This document shows, one piece after another, positions 10,860 through 23,656 of a DNA stretch of 49,618 bases; the stretch's first letter is position 1; every line of letters begins with the position of its first letter. Below the pieces are notes generated by a model, which was not told where the DNA came from, did no database searches, and saw only the letters and a program-made list of their open reading frames with translations. The translations under genes and the position numbers were made by a program. This DNA is from Dicyema japonicum (lineage: Eukaryota; Animalia; Dicyemida), in NCBI GenBank assembly GCA_011109175.1, contig RDEW01000016.1, positions 806,705 to 856,322 on the forward strand. The letters run 5' to 3'.

Positions 10860-11570
10860 GCTGTACTTTTAGATTGATGAAGTCCTTTGAACTATGTGAG
10901 ACGATTGTGCTTTTTCTCGAAGACGAGAATGTCTTGAGATTGCAGTGGCTAGTTTTTTTGGTGGACCGTCACTTGGTGTTGCCAGTTTTGTGGTGAATTT
11001 GTCTATGTAAGTTATTATAAAGAAACAGCACTGTAAATTAAGTGATGGGGAAGTAATATGAAACGGTAGGGTATGCCAACTGACTTCTACCGACAGTCTC
11101 CAAAAAAATCCGTAATCACAGGTCTTTAGTCCGATTTGTGATAATTTCGAATAAGATTTTTGATAGTTACGCCAACCTTGCACATTTTTTCTTCCAACCA
11201 TAGGAGAATTGGCATACGAGGAATTATCCCGTAAGCAAACTTTAGAGCAAAATTTAGAGTTTTCTCAAATTTCTTGAGGATAGAGTCTCTCTTTTTCGAA
11301 TCGTACCATCCTTCTAAACCGCATAACATTGCAGGAAGTATTGCAATGTTGAAGACATAAACAAAGGTCTCCTGCTCGAGCTTTAATTTTCTAACGCAGA
11401 AAAGAGCGTTCGTATCTTTTTTCTTTCGTATTTTAGCATGTTCTATAAAATTACCTCCCTCGTCAATTTGAAGGCCAAGGTATTTCATAGTCTTATTCCG
11501 AGGTATGTCTTGTAACGAGCTCTTTAGGTTAGCCATCCTCCTGCTTCCAGTTATCCTCAGCATAATGTCT
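10860..11570 (-). mobile_element. LINE RT C-terminal remnant
   Basis: KYLGLQID..F..HAK..ILPAMLCGLEGW, a typical RT thumb region. A similar remnant lies at 33000-33540. Confidence 0.7.
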
Positions 11571-11879
11571 ATGGTGCTTATCGGTTAGTTTTTGTTTTCA
11601 GAGTTCGTTTGTTTGTTTGTTGTCTATTATTGTAGAATTAATGGCGTCTTATTCTATTGTGGGTCCTTGATTTATTGCCAAGTTAATTATATTCCTTAGC
11701 ATCAGACGGTTAATTGGTCACTTTATGTTATTTGACAAGTCGAAATGTTTAACTGTAATTATAGTAACAAAGATCAGAGATATTGAGCATCTTAAAGTCA
11801 AGATGCCTGAGCAGGGAGACCTTCACGTGTTCATCTGCGAAGATAATATGAGAGGCTTCTGAACCATTCAAACCAACAC

Positions 11880-12545
11880 CGACACGCCTGCCTAGTCACT
11901 GGAAGATGGGAATGGAATGGCGCTTGGATCAATGCCCTCCCTATTGGAAACGTCGGTACCCACCTTGACGATCATAATGTCCGCATCGGTACCTCCATCA
12001 GATTTGGACTGAAGATTTACCAAACTCCCAAGTGCCGATGCGGTGGTACCGTCGATTGTTATCGAAATCATGTCCTTTCTTGTCGAAGAAGCGCAGGACG
12101 ATTCCCAAGACATAAGGCGATCAACGGAATTGCTAAGAGAGCCTTGGAGTCTGTTGGATACCCCTCCATACTTGAACCGGTTGGCCTGGACAGAGGAGAC
12201 AGAAAACGGCTAGACGAAATTACAATCTTTCCATTCTAGGAGGGGAAACAATTAATGTGGGATGCCAAGTGCATTTTTCCTCTTTGTTATGAATGCGGTA
12301 GACATACTGGACGCCGGGGGAAACGAAATGAAAGCAACAGAAAAAAAACGAAGCGTTGCATGATCGATTCACATTCTGCCTCATATTAGTTGAAGCAACT
12401 GGAAGAATAAACGGGAAATCACTTTGCTTCCTAAAGAGGCTTGGATACGCACGTGATGCTCAATGGCTACTCCAGTTGATCTCTGTTACAATCGTAGAAG
12501 GTAGCGCAAAGTCGATTATGTCGACAGGGAACATTTTTGACTGAT
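11880..12545 (+). mobile_element. CRE RLE-domain fragment (divergent subfamily)
   Basis: GAWINALPIGNVGTHLDD..CRCGGTVD..HVLSCRRSAGRFPRHKAIN..LEPVGLDRGDRKRLD..WDAKC..LLQLISVTIVEG. Confidence 0.85.
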
Positions 12546-12588
12546 TTTTGTGTTTTTTAATAAAATTTTAGTTTAAAAAATATAGTAA

Positions 12589-13265
12589 CAGTGTTTGCAC
12601 CCAGGTTGAGTTTACCCAATAAGACAATGTTATGGTGAGCTACTGTTTTGTTCTCTGTTATCCTCGTTCCTGTCTTCTCGCAGAACCATGTAGAGCAGGG
12701 CAAAAAACTCACAGTCTCATAGCAAAGGTTAGAAAAAGCAATTGTCAATTCATTTCTATTCGTTTCTAGGAACTTCACTCAGGCTAAGTTATCGTGGTAT
12801 TATTTGATTATGGAATGAGTTTCTGCAAGGAAAAACTCTTCAATATAACGTCCAATATTTCAAATACGGTTTCGTACCATCGCATAATTATGATAAACAC
12901 CCTTATATGCTTAAAGTTGTCATCAAACGAGGCTATGAAATTTTCTAGATTGAACCAGCATTTACAAAAGTTGGCATTCTGTGTGGAGAATAATCGATGT
13001 TTAATATTGAAAAGTGCGATTTAACCTTGATGAGTCAATACTTTTCGGAAATGAATCAATATTACTTGCTTATGTAAGTTTTAGCAAAGATGGACGGATC
13101 AAGCAGGAATTTCTTCATGACCACTGATCTTACCAAGATTTTTGTCTACAAAAAAATATAATTGAAAATGTCTTATTTTACTGAGAAAATCGAAATTATT
13201 TTTATTGCATTTCGTGCATTTCCCACTTCTTACTTGGATGAGAGAGGTTTCAGTGTAATAATGCT
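12589..13265 (+). mobile_element. hAT (Charlie/Buster-like) transposon remnant
   Basis: TIR-like cagtgtttgcacccagg at 12589. Remnants KLAFCVEN and AFPTSYLDERGFS resemble the hAT dimerisation motif F.TTYLCE.GFS. Confidence 0.55.
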
Positions 13266-13269
13266 CTGG

Positions 13270-13700
13270 AAGAGCCAACGTGTCGTTCTAGGCTTACCCT
13301 TCTCCACTCCTGCTAGCCACCCGATTAACATGATAAACTCAGATGTGCTCGAACCAAGAATTCCAGACGTCTCAACGGAGATCAACTGGACTGTGAATAG
13401 ATCCCCAATGCCGCGGTACTAACTCCTTTTTGATTTTTCAGCACTGCTCACTACTGAACCCGCGTTTATGACATTGGCGTTTAACATTTTTGAAGAGAGT
13501 ATCTCTCGGAACTCTGTCTGGGTATAGTTCTTTTATGTCAATCATCCCAGCACATGGCATCTGTGTCCCAAACAGCTATTAAGACATCGCGTCGACTTCA
13601 TATGACATAAAGGACTTTTTTTCGATCGAAGGTAGACTACATAAGATACCATGGCTAATAGAGAAAAGGTCTTCTAGACACTTCTATTCATAAGAAAGTT
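13270..13700 (-). mobile_element. Degenerate CRE 3' fragment
   Basis: AGSVVSSAEKSK..ISVETSGILG..KPRTTRWLFQSI. Confidence 0.6.
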
Positions 13701-14786
13701 TCGGCTCGTAAAAGGAACGTTTGTTTCTTTATTTTTTCGCGCAAACCAACATCCCTCAATACATATGATCCGATATTAAATTCGTTTTTCAGAATAGGTT
13801 GGGTGAGGTACTGGTAAATAACTACTTGGCACCCCAACATGAGAAGTCTCTAAAATGAGGATTGTTTTTTTAAGACAATAATCTAACTCTTTATAATGCA
13901 ATTGCCTTGAAGTTAACAAAATACTTGGATGTGGACATTCAGAGATCAACGATTTAGAATCGTTGAAAAAAGCTATAGGAATAAGACTACAATGTGGACA
14001 TAATCTATCTCTGCATAGAAGATAATTTTGCTATCTCTTTGCTTGCCCTGGACAACTAAGACTCGAGGTGAAAGTGAAAGATCTATTGAAGCGACGTCTA
14101 GCAATATGCTTCCTAATGGTCGCCTGATTCCTACATGTTAGTAGAAATAAAGGTAACAATTACATCCAATGCATTAATTAATCAATCTGATGCTCTAAGA
14201 CGAACATTTAGTTGAATTATCTTTATCTCCTCAAGATGAATGTAACTTCTCATCTTCCTTCTCAGGTGCATATACAAGATGATTCACTCAAAAATCAGAC
14301 ACATAATGATTTGAAATTAAGTAACCGTAAAATATAGCAAGACTCTTAGTTCGAATCCCTTCTGGCCAAAATTTCGAGCAACATTGTCAAGTATCATTTG
14401 CTTTGAGGAGGGACGAGGTGATTATTGGTTAGATTACTCAAACGTTATATTAATATTATGACAACAACGTAACTTGTTACAGTAAAGTAAATTGACTTTC
14501 GAGTCGGATATTATGTTGAGCTATTAACTCGAGCTTTCTAACAGCATCCTAGCTGGCGATAATAATAAGGTACATCGTTAAATCAAATTACACGTAAAGA
14601 TCCAGCACGTCGGGTCTTGGTGGTCGGGGAATACCCCTATATAAGTAATTTTGACATAGTGTAAGCCTAATGGAATGCGTAACCGTAATGACATGTGACA
14701 TTGAATATACGTACTATTTCACAAACATAGAAACTTATCAAAAAATCAATATGATAATTAAATCTAAAGCAATTAAGTTAACTGAA

Positions 14787-15255
14787 TTAGTTCTTTTTTC
14801 GTTCCCAACTGAAAACACTGAATTTTGGAGATTTTGGAATTGTACATTTCTTATTCTCGATAGGAGCTGGCACAGACTTATACCTCCTAATTCCAGAGGC
14901 CTTAAAATTCGAGGCCTGCCTTCGGAGAAAAGTAATTTCTTCCATTTCTTGTTGTTTCTTTACTCTTTCGTGTTCCAATTCATTTCGACGACGAATTAAA
15001 TCAAATTCTTCATCGGCTTTCTTTCTTTCCAAGGCACGGGTTGATGTATGGAGATTAAATTCATTAAATTCTGCAAAAAGTTAATATATAATCAACCAAT
15101 TGGCAACCTTTCGGGAAGGACCACTGTAAATGGTTTCTTATTTTTATTTAATTCATATCGTCTCATAGATGAGAGTGGAGGCTCATTTTCGTTATTAGAC
15201 GCCCTAAAGTAGTATATTTTAATCACTTTTTTACTGTAGATGACAAATATTTCAT
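14787..15255 (-). CDS. TPX2: Short TPX2-domain protein (about 140 aa), two micro-introns
   Basis: MKYLSSTVK|ASNN..KPFTVVLPERLPI|EFNEFNLHTSTRALERKKADEEF..EITFLRRQASNFKASGIRRYKSV..KCTIPKSPKFS matches the TPX2 C-terminal domain. Introns of 23 and 26 nt. Confidence 0.75.
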
Positions 15256-16479
15256 TAGCCACAACAAAAGATAAACACCGCGCAAATTTCAATTTTTATT
15301 ACTTCAATTTATTTATTTATAAAATATAATTTTATATAAACTAAAATTATTAAAATAAGTTTATTTTTAATATTATTTTAGATGCACTTATGATTATAAA
15401 GATATCCAATATTCTCGACAGTGAAAAATAGATCGGCTTACATTGATATACCGCGTTAATTTATAAGCAAAAAAATCGCAAGATACATTAATATCTTGAT
15501 TATGTTGATGAAAAATTTTTAATTTCACTTATTTTTGTTTGATTGCTATTTTAAATTACATCACATTTTCTGATTCAGTCAGTTATTTCAATTAGCGACA
15601 AATCAGATTCCAAATGATAAAAGACAATGGGCATTGTCACAGTGGGCGGAAATGGTAATTCCCAGACGCTGTGGCAGGTATCCTTGAGTCGCATTTCACT
15701 CACATTTCTGATTTCACTGACAACCCATTTACTAATTTTTCCAACCGCTCCGGTCAATCATGATAAAAAATGATATGAATGTTTGTTTTTGAATTATTGA
15801 AGGAGATTGCTGAAGCATTAAGAAACTAACATATATTTGATGATAGTCGCTGGAATTTGTTAAATTTCTAACGGATAATCATCTAAGTTGTTATAATTTA
15901 GGCTGGAAGAGTGTTCGCGGAAATCTCCAGTATATGTCGAAATCAGAGATTTCTTCTGCGAATGGGACAAATATAACATCGTTGGATAAAACAGTAAGGT
16001 CGAGTCCTAAAAGTATTTGACACTTTTTTTTCCGAACTTTGGGCTTTTGATGTCTCTTAACTTCTTCACCTCATCCATGTAGAGAAAAGAAGGAAGTAAA
16101 GATTTTTAGCTATTACAAAGCTATCTAAACATTTCATGGGATATAAGTAATTACTTCAACCTTAAGACCAATTAACAACTAGGCTGGAAAACGATTATAA
16201 TGATTAATAATATGTGGGATATTGTTCGAGTTTTTACCACTAAGATTAATTCTCGTTTTGAAACTCCAATCTACCGCAACAAGTTGTGAATATATTTTTG
16301 ATACAAAAATTACCTTCTGAGTCATTCATCGTCGAACATTGCCGTGGAAGTTAGTGTAACCTGACACCATATTTATTTACACGACTATTTGAACAGAATT
16401 GGGCGATCTAGACAACTACAAGATAGATCAATTCTTCTCTTACCCTGATCCATCCTCGATTTTTGCACAACACCAGAAT

Positions 16480-17150
16480 ACTTGACGGATCTCTGCGAGT
16501 GTCTGGTTTTGATAGTGACTTTCTGCTAACCACCGACGTCCATCACTTGAAGGAAGCTTTCAAAACCAGTAAGGAGCTTTCAAACATTCGAAGGGACTGG
16601 GGTGAAAAAAAATTATTATTATTATTATTTAAGCTAAAGAAACACCGTCTTAACCACTAACTAATATTCAGGTGATTTCGGCATTTCTCAATAATCGGGC
16701 CATTTTTTTGATGCTCCGACCTGTGACCCAATATTTTCTATACGGACGGGGTCTTTTTTCCTCCTCTTCTGAAATTGCCTCCAGTTGCCTCTATGATAGA
16801 CTCAAGTGTTCTGGGAGCAATTTTTTATCCGTATATTTCTCCAGTGAATTTATTGATTTTGACTGGATCTCTTGAATTTTTATTAGGTTCGTTGCCGCCA
16901 GGTTAGATCTTCACGCAGCACATGCAAGCCTATTGTTGAGGGTCCCGACACCTGGCGGATAAATTCCTCTACAGTTCCAAAGGAAGGCTTTTACAAAATT
17001 GATCTTCTTTGCACAGGTTGATATGATGGATTCCACATGGGCTGAGAAGCAGAGGAAAGTATAAAAGTTACTCCCAGTATCTTCTGCGATTTCTATTGTG
17101 GTATAGGTACTCCATTTAACGTGACATCAATTGTTTGCGTTCTCATCTTT
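16480..17150 (-). mobile_element. Second LINE RT C-terminal fragment
   Basis: TLNGVPIPQ.KSQKILGVTF..SAHVESIISTCAKKIN parallels the thumb region of the adjacent copy. Confidence 0.6.
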
Positions 17151-19620
17151 ATATTCTTAGTGAATAGAGTGACTGCTGACTTTCCGGAACATGACTGGTA
17201 AAATTGAATTGAAATTTATTTCCAAAGACCACAGTTAAAGACAAAAACAAGAAATTATGTGATCCCAGCGAATTTTCAATAGCTTGGCCCAGTGGTCTTC
17301 CCTCGATCCAACACAAGCACGCAGTGGACGAGTGATCCTCTGGTATCGTTGAGTTTGGCCTCTTTTTCTTCTTATTAGGTCTTCCAAGGGGGTAAGTGTA
17401 GAATTTAGATCGCCTTTGATCCAGTTTTCTATCACGGAAAACGCTCTTTTTTGGGTTGCCGCAATTCTCTGGGCATTCGTCCAAGAAATTGAGGGGCCCC
17501 ATGATGCACATGCATATGATATGCATGGTTCGACGTACTGGCTGTATAGTGATTTCAGAACGGGATGACTTCCGATCTTCCATAAACCAGAGATCCTTTT
17601 CAAGAGGTTGATTTTCTTTTACATTTGGGAGAAAGTCATTTGGGTGTCGATTACTACTTCCAGGATCTTTTTCCATTTTTGGAATGGCAACTTGTTTCCA
17701 TCTGCTTCTATATCCACTGTTCTGTTGGATATTCTCTTATCAGAGGTAAGGAGAGACGTAACCGATTTTTCCGGGCTGATCGACAGACTGTTTTCATTTA
17801 ACCAGTAGATTAAGCAGTTTACAAGGAATTGTATTCTCTCCGAGGCGACCTGAACGTCTTGGTCCCTGGATGCAATAACAATATCATCTGCATAAGCTCT
17901 GGAGTCGGGATGTTATTCAAAAAAAGGTTTAAGAGTATAGGGACAGAGGATATCTTTTGGGTATTACATTTGGAATTAAACGGGAGCTCGACCGTAGGTT
18001 TCCCAAACAGACTCATCCTCTTCGTCTTCTGAGGACATTCACCAGCCAGAGTTTGAAATCCCCAGGTATATCCGTCTGATAGATTTTCCTGGTGAGTCTT
18101 TTTCTTGGGATGGAGTCGAATACCTTGTGAATGTCTACAGAACATAGAATTGTCTTTTTGTGCCTGGGTTTGTTAGTGAACCCCGAGCGAATAAACTCAC
18201 TCAGGGATAGTAGGTGGGCATCCGTCAAGTGAAGGGATTTAAATATATGTTGGAATGGTTTCTCTGGGATTGTTCTTCTGATCTTCTGAAGAACTAGTTT
18301 TCCAGAATTTTCTATATTGAAGATAGCAACGATTCTGGTCTGAATGATGCCGGGTCGTTTTTTGGTTTTCCATCATCAATATCGGGCGGATGTAGGCGAC
18401 TTTCCATAGTGAGGGGATCGCACTTTCCCTTAAAGACCAATTATAGATCTTTGTAAGGGTCCTGATCCCTCCGTCCAAAATTTTTAGCAGGATAACAGAG
18501 ATTCTATCTGGGCCGTGGAATAAGTAATTTTGTTTGAGCAGTGCTTCTTTTACATCCGTTTCTGAAAAGTAGGAAACTAAGCGTTCCCTCTTCGGTTTTT
18601 CCAAAGGAAGTTGACCTGTCTTGATCTTCCGTTTCTCTTTATGGGCAATTTTCACATAATACTTCATAATGGAATTCAGATCCTTCTGGCTGTATTCGGA
18701 TTCGTCGGTTGGTCTATCATCAGCCCTTGATATGTCCGAATGATTTTCCATACTTGGGCGGTTGTCTGATTTCGGTTCAAAGCTGTGAGAACTCGTGACC
18801 ATTTTGCTTTCTGTATCTTAAGTTCTTTGGCCTTTATATTTTCATTCAGTGCTTTCAGTCGGAGTTTTGCCTCGGTTGAGGGAATTCCAGCCTTTTTGAG
18901 GATATTTCTTTCCTTTACCGAAGCCATCTATCCAAAGCCTCTGATGTAGCAGGTGTGTCTTATTGTGACAGCCATTTTTCTCCCTTGCAGAATGATGACA
19001 TTTATGTGATACACCGCCTTGTCAAGGAGGAGAAATCCTCCAGATTTACGTCAGCCAAACGATATTCAGTAATAATCCGGAAAAAGTTCCAGTTTGCGGA
19101 TTTGTATATGTAGGTCTTCTTATCACAAAATACTCTTTCCTGATCTTCAATAAAATAGGATTGTGGTCGCTTCTGGTATCGTATATGACGGACCAAGTTA
19201 CTCTTGTAGAGAGAGTTGGAGAGCAGAGAATGATGTCTGGGGATGTAAGTTGATAGGGAATGAGCCAGGAAAAGGTATATAGACGTTCACCAGAAACAAT
19301 TTTCCTTTTGTTGAACTCACAGAGATTCCAATGGTTTCCGTGGTTCTTCGTCCCCAAAGAGTTTCTTTATTTCTGATGAACAGTCCTGATACTTGAGTCC
19401 CTTTCTAATAATCGTTAGTAGTCCACCTCCACATTTCTTTGTACGATCTTTCCGAATAACATTGAATCCATGAAGAATAGGCGTAAAGTCCTTCGGAGTC
19501 AATTTAGACTCTTGAATTAGTAGGATGTCAATTTTGATTTTTGAGATGAGTGTTCTGAGGTCGAAGATTTTACCCTTGATTCCATTCACGTTGACGTTCC
19601 AAATAAAAATCATTAAGCTT
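17150..19620 (-). mobile_element. Near-complete but frameshifted ORF2 of an APE-type LINE (Jockey/I/R1 group)
   Basis: IWNVNVNGIKGK..IQESKL..RKDR..GGGL (19317-19613), SPDII..SDHNPI (19046-19357), GPDRIS..W..A.IRPI (18239-18802), VDIHKVFDSI (18013-18228), YSQYVEPCISYAC.SW (17235-17603). Confidence 0.9.
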
Positions 19621-19728
19621 ATCCAATAAAGATATTATTATTTAAATGTTATCTAATTATTTGACATAATAAAAAATTTTAAACATTTAAAAGTAGAATA
19701 ATTTTTCACCTCGGGCACGCTAATATTC

Positions 19729-20589
19729 ATGTTGTCATATATAGTTCGCTCTTCATTAATTAACGCAACTAAAATTGTTTTGCCAGTTTGGTCCAGAATC
19801 TCAAATCCTTTATTAAATGTGACTCGTTCAATTTCGACTTCGAAAACCCTAGGTTAAAATATTATTTATATCCAACAGCTTCCAAATCATTTCTAAACTC
19901 TCTTGACGAAAAGATAAAAATTGAAAGAGAAAATGTAATTCAAGGACAACTTTCTTTTCCGGGATTCGAAGTCACGACCAACGGCTCGAATGTTGAAGCT
20001 TACAAAAAGATATAAATCCGAGACAATAAATGTCAATTTTTGCGTGAATGAGAGTATCGATGGAGATTTAGACGGTGAAAACGATCAAGATGGTGAAGAT
20101 GAACAAGAAGTCTTTATTTTTACTAATTCGAGTAGATTATGTGCACACCAGATTTTATCGTTGAAATAACTAATAGGCAAAATAAAAAAGTTGTGATTAA
20201 TTGTGAATTCGATGATTCTGAGTTTGAGCAGGATGAAACTAACCAGCGAGGTATTTTTAAATCTATTTTTTTAAATAAATAAAAAAATAAATTAAATTTT
20301 TATTAAAAGTTGGTTTTTCTATCGTCGACGTTGCTTTTCCGAACACTGAAGGGCTTACAAACTCGACGTATTATTTTTCCGATTGCTCCAATCAGCTTGA
20401 TCAAGTTTTTTTACATTATCTCTACTGTAGGAACTTTATGATTGTCTAACAAATATGCTAAGGGAAAGAGGAATGGACACTGAATTCGCCGACAATTTAG
20501 TAGATTGCGCTACACAACATGAGAATAAACTATATCTTAATTTTCTCAATGATATGCGCAGTTTTGTTCAAAATTGTGAAGATTCTTAA
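19729..20589 (+). CDS. C1QBP: Mitochondrial acidic matrix protein p32/gC1qR (MAM33 family)
   Basis: Transit-peptide-like N-terminus, then SFLNSLDEKIKIE..GFEVTTNGSNV.LTKRYKSETINVNFCVNESI..TPDFIVEI..KVVINCEF..LDQ|ELYDCLTNMLRERGMDTEFADNLVD.AT.HE..LYLNFLNDMRSFV. Four introns. One extra base near 19995. Confidence 0.88.
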
Positions 20590-20644
20590 TTATTGTCTTT
20601 TGATTCTCTCTAACATATTAAATTTCTGCTAATTTTTATATTTT

Positions 20645-21067
20645 ATGTTGTTTAGTTTAGCCTGATTTGTTTTCGTTGATTAACATATATATTTTAGGGA
20701 GGCAGAAGACCGATAAATGCTCTTCAAGAAGAGAGATAGTTTTCTCAAGGCAAGTGGTTACAGTTAAATATCCGGAACGAATCTCGGAAGGAGAACACGT
20801 TGTTATTTGATTTTTAGGACGATCGGCGGATTCGAGAAAAGAAATTTTTTCGTAACGAATTAACCATTTTAATTTCGTCTTATAAACATTTAGAAAATGA
20901 ATTATTTATCTGGCAATCACTACAATTGGTTTAATTCTACACATATTTTTAAGCTGAAAATACGATATCGGGAAGCGGTGATCTTACAACTGAATAAAAA
21001 AACTGCACTTTTACGCAGAGCCATATTAACTATAGCTCTGCACAGGCAGGGCACACACTTTATTTAA
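20645..21067 (+). CDS. Possible unidentified spliced gene ending in antisense SINE sequence
   Basis: Frame is kept across predicted GT-AG micro-introns: ..RQKTDKCSSRREIVFSRQVVTVKYPERISEGEH|DDRRIREKKFFRNELTILISSYKHLENELFIWQSLQL|LKIRYREAVILQLNKK.. The start is uncertain. Confidence 0.35.
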
Positions 21068-21290
21068 GTAAAAACCAGTTATTATAACTAATCGAAGAGG
21101 GAAAACTAAGGAATGCTCTTCACTTCTTTTTCTTGTATGTCTTTTATAGACGATAGGTAACGCAGTGAAATGTTTACCGATGGCGGCTTCACTCGTCAAG
21201 GCAGAAACCTTAAACCAAAATGTAAAGCAGTGGGATTCAAACTAGGAGGCATCAGTCCTCTTACCTGGCACTCGTTACACTGTGCCATCC
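21003..21290 (-). mobile_element. tRNA-derived SINE family A, full length
   Basis: A-box-like TGGCACAGTG and B-box GTTTGAATCCC, then family body ttgacgagtgaagccgccatcgg and tail aagaagtgaagagcattcctt. Confidence 0.8.
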
Positions 21291-21544
21291 AATTGAATAA
21301 TCTTATTAAAAAAAACCAAATATGAAATTCAATAAACTTTCAATGGATTCTATATTTCTAAGTCTAAAGATAAATACGGTACCATTTGAATAAAACTCAA
21401 CAATAACCTGGCATTAAATAATTAAATTGAATTAATACAATTTTTTATGAATCATTTCTTTTTATCAATTTATGAATTTGGTTAGAATACTTGAAAATAA
21501 AAAATATTCAATTTATTTCAAAGAAACAACAAACCGAGGGTCAT

Positions 21545-21620
21545 ACATTAGCCGGCCTGACTGCGTAGCTACTCCATCTCAAGGAGGCGAGCGAAATTTG
21601 CTCAAATAGCAAGGGTAGAG
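21545..21620 (-). mobile_element. CRE 3' end fragment
   Basis: ctatttgagcaaatttcgctcgcctccttgagatggagtagctacgcagtcagg matches the CRE terminus at 37595-37640. Confidence 0.65.
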
Positions 21621-21794
21621 AACATTGAACTAAAAAAAGCCTAGAGAACATCGGGTTTGATCCCCTCCAGCTCAAAATTTTGGAAATTTGGATGGTGATC
21701 ATGTTTTCGGTGGAACAGTGTAATTATAATATTTAATTCTTAGATATTCTTTAATATTACTTACGTTAATTTTGGAAACCAACATTTTTATCTT

Positions 21795-23560
21795 TTTTTC
21801 TATTAAATGACAATTATTTAAAAAAACAAATGTCAGTTGAGTGAGCCGGCTACGTGGATCGAGAACGAGTTCCCTCGGAGTATGGCCATTCCAATCTTTT
21901 GTCTCAGCCATAACCCTTCTTGTTGATCCCTTTTCTTTCTGGCAAGCATTCCTCTGAGTTCGCGCAAGAACTCAGCCGTCATTGGACCAACGGCTCTGGA
22001 TGACTTGGCCGCAACAGGCAGGAATATTTTTTGATTATTAGGTTTTCCGCGGTCGAAGCAGCTGCTCCAGGTATCTGAACTGATTCGTAAAGATTCGTGC
22101 TTAAGAATGTGTCAACACAAGTTGCGTCCCAGACCAAAGATCTTCCTGATGTGAAAGGGAAAAGGGTCATCCCGTCAGGTATCTTTCCATCTCCTCGATC
22201 GAGACCCACTGGTTCAAGCTGTGATGGGAAGCCTGTATCCTTCAGAGCTCTGACGATCACATCGTTCAGAGCAGCGTGACGTGGTCCTTTTCTGGCGCTT
22301 CTTCTGCAGGACAGCGGGTGCAATCCCTTCGCATCGACTATTTTCCCGCATCGGCATCGGTGCTCCTGGCAAACGTCTAGTCCTAGCCTTTGTCCGATTC
22401 CAATCCTCAAAGAATCGTCTTCCAAAAAAGTCCCGAGGTTTGGGCAAGGTATTGCACCAAGCCATGCTCCACTTAAAGCTGACACCAAACAAGCAAGACG
22501 ATGTTGATTTGCTTCTTTTTTTAAGGTCTTCCTAAATTTTGGAGCAGACAATGTTATCCCAATTACTTTGCTTCTTGAGTCTTCGGGGATTTTAAGTCTG
22601 GACTCGTTCCATTTCAGACAAGCTTCGTCAAATGACTCATTCCAGCAAAATTTAATAGTGTGATGAATGAGTTGCCGTGTCAAATGGCTGCAGCTTGAGA
22701 GAGACGATAGATATGCCGGGTACGCGACCTCCAGCGCCGATCTTAGACCGACACCCCCAAAACCAGAGGGAAGCTTACATTGCTTCCAACCAAGTTCGTC
22801 GAAGCGTACGTTAATTAGTGACTCAACAGTTTGTTTGAGAGATTTGTCTATCGAAAGTAGACTGTCGTATTGTTCGTAGCAGCGTGAACATCGGAGTAAA
22901 TATAAAAGCTTGGGTAGTCCGATGTTGTTTCTCATCAGGAAGAAGAATGTGTGAGAGTCGAGGCATGACAATTTTTTCGTGAGGCGTGAAAATTCTTCAT
23001 TTTTAGAAAGTAGATGGTACTTGAGTTCTTCTTTGATGAGTGGAGATCCGAGGAAATTTAATTTATCAACTGGCACAGTCGGGATTCCAGGAAACAGTTC
23101 GTTGAAAGACTCCTTGATAGAGAGAAATTCGTTGTTTGGGTATGAGACATTAATTAGCTCTGATTTGTTGACATTGATATCTAACCCCAGGTGTTTTAAA
23201 GAGGGTAACGCTTTACATGGTGAATTGTACGTTTTCTTGAATGATCCTCCAATTGTGGCATCGTCGAGATACCAGAGATTTAGCTGTGCATCAATTAATC
23301 TCACAACATCAATGGTCAGGGCAAATAAGAGAGGTTCGAGCGGATCTCCTTGTTGGACACCCGTTTTTGATTTAATAATTTTTTTTTCAAAAACCAGAGA
23401 CGTATCTTCCTCATAGGATAATTTGACAAGAGGGAAAAGATTTGAAGCCCTCATCCAACACGTTTAAATAATTTTATCTCTTCTGAGAAAATTGAATTCA
23501 TTCGTTATGCCCAACTTGATTCCAGTGCATTTATTTGAAATATTTCTCTGTGTGAAGAAT
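21795..23560 (-). mobile_element. 5'-truncated CRE-clade retrotransposon (RT + CCHC + RLE) with 12-bp TSD; 491-aa ORF 21979-23454
   Basis: [60 protein letters not shown]. catttttatctt at 21783-21794 and 23561-23572. Confidence 0.92.
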
Positions 23561-23656
23561 CATTTTTATCTTAGAATATAAACTATTTTTTTAATTTCAA
23601 AATTGTTAATATCGCAAAAATTAGATTAAACCATAAATATTTTGAATTCAGAAGAG

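Noticed and set aside
14320-14372. tRNA gene (GTTCGAATCCC...CCA)
   Set aside because: Only a B-box/T-arm is present, with no matching acceptor 5' strand or D-arm. At most a decayed SINE head.
15500-16100. Degenerate RT remnant on the minus strand
   Set aside because: Only faint motif echoes amid many stops. Not supportable by eye.
19960-19995. tRNA-like B-box on the minus strand
   Set aside because: It lies inside the C1QBP coding exon (PGFEVTTNG) and forms no cloverleaf.
19981-20020. Euplotes-like +1 ribosomal frameshifting at stop codons (C1QBP ATA-TAA, EMC1 AGT-TGA) or stop-codon reassignment
   Set aside because: Homology favours a shift upstream of the stop in C1QBP (V.LTKRYKSE) and in GH35 (NISYFFEL). 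TAA, TAG and TGA all terminate genes normally here. Indels have both signs, as expected for errors.
21645-21670. tRNA-like GGGTTTGATCCCC
   Set aside because: An isolated B-box-like word with no A-box or cloverleaf, and no family body follows.
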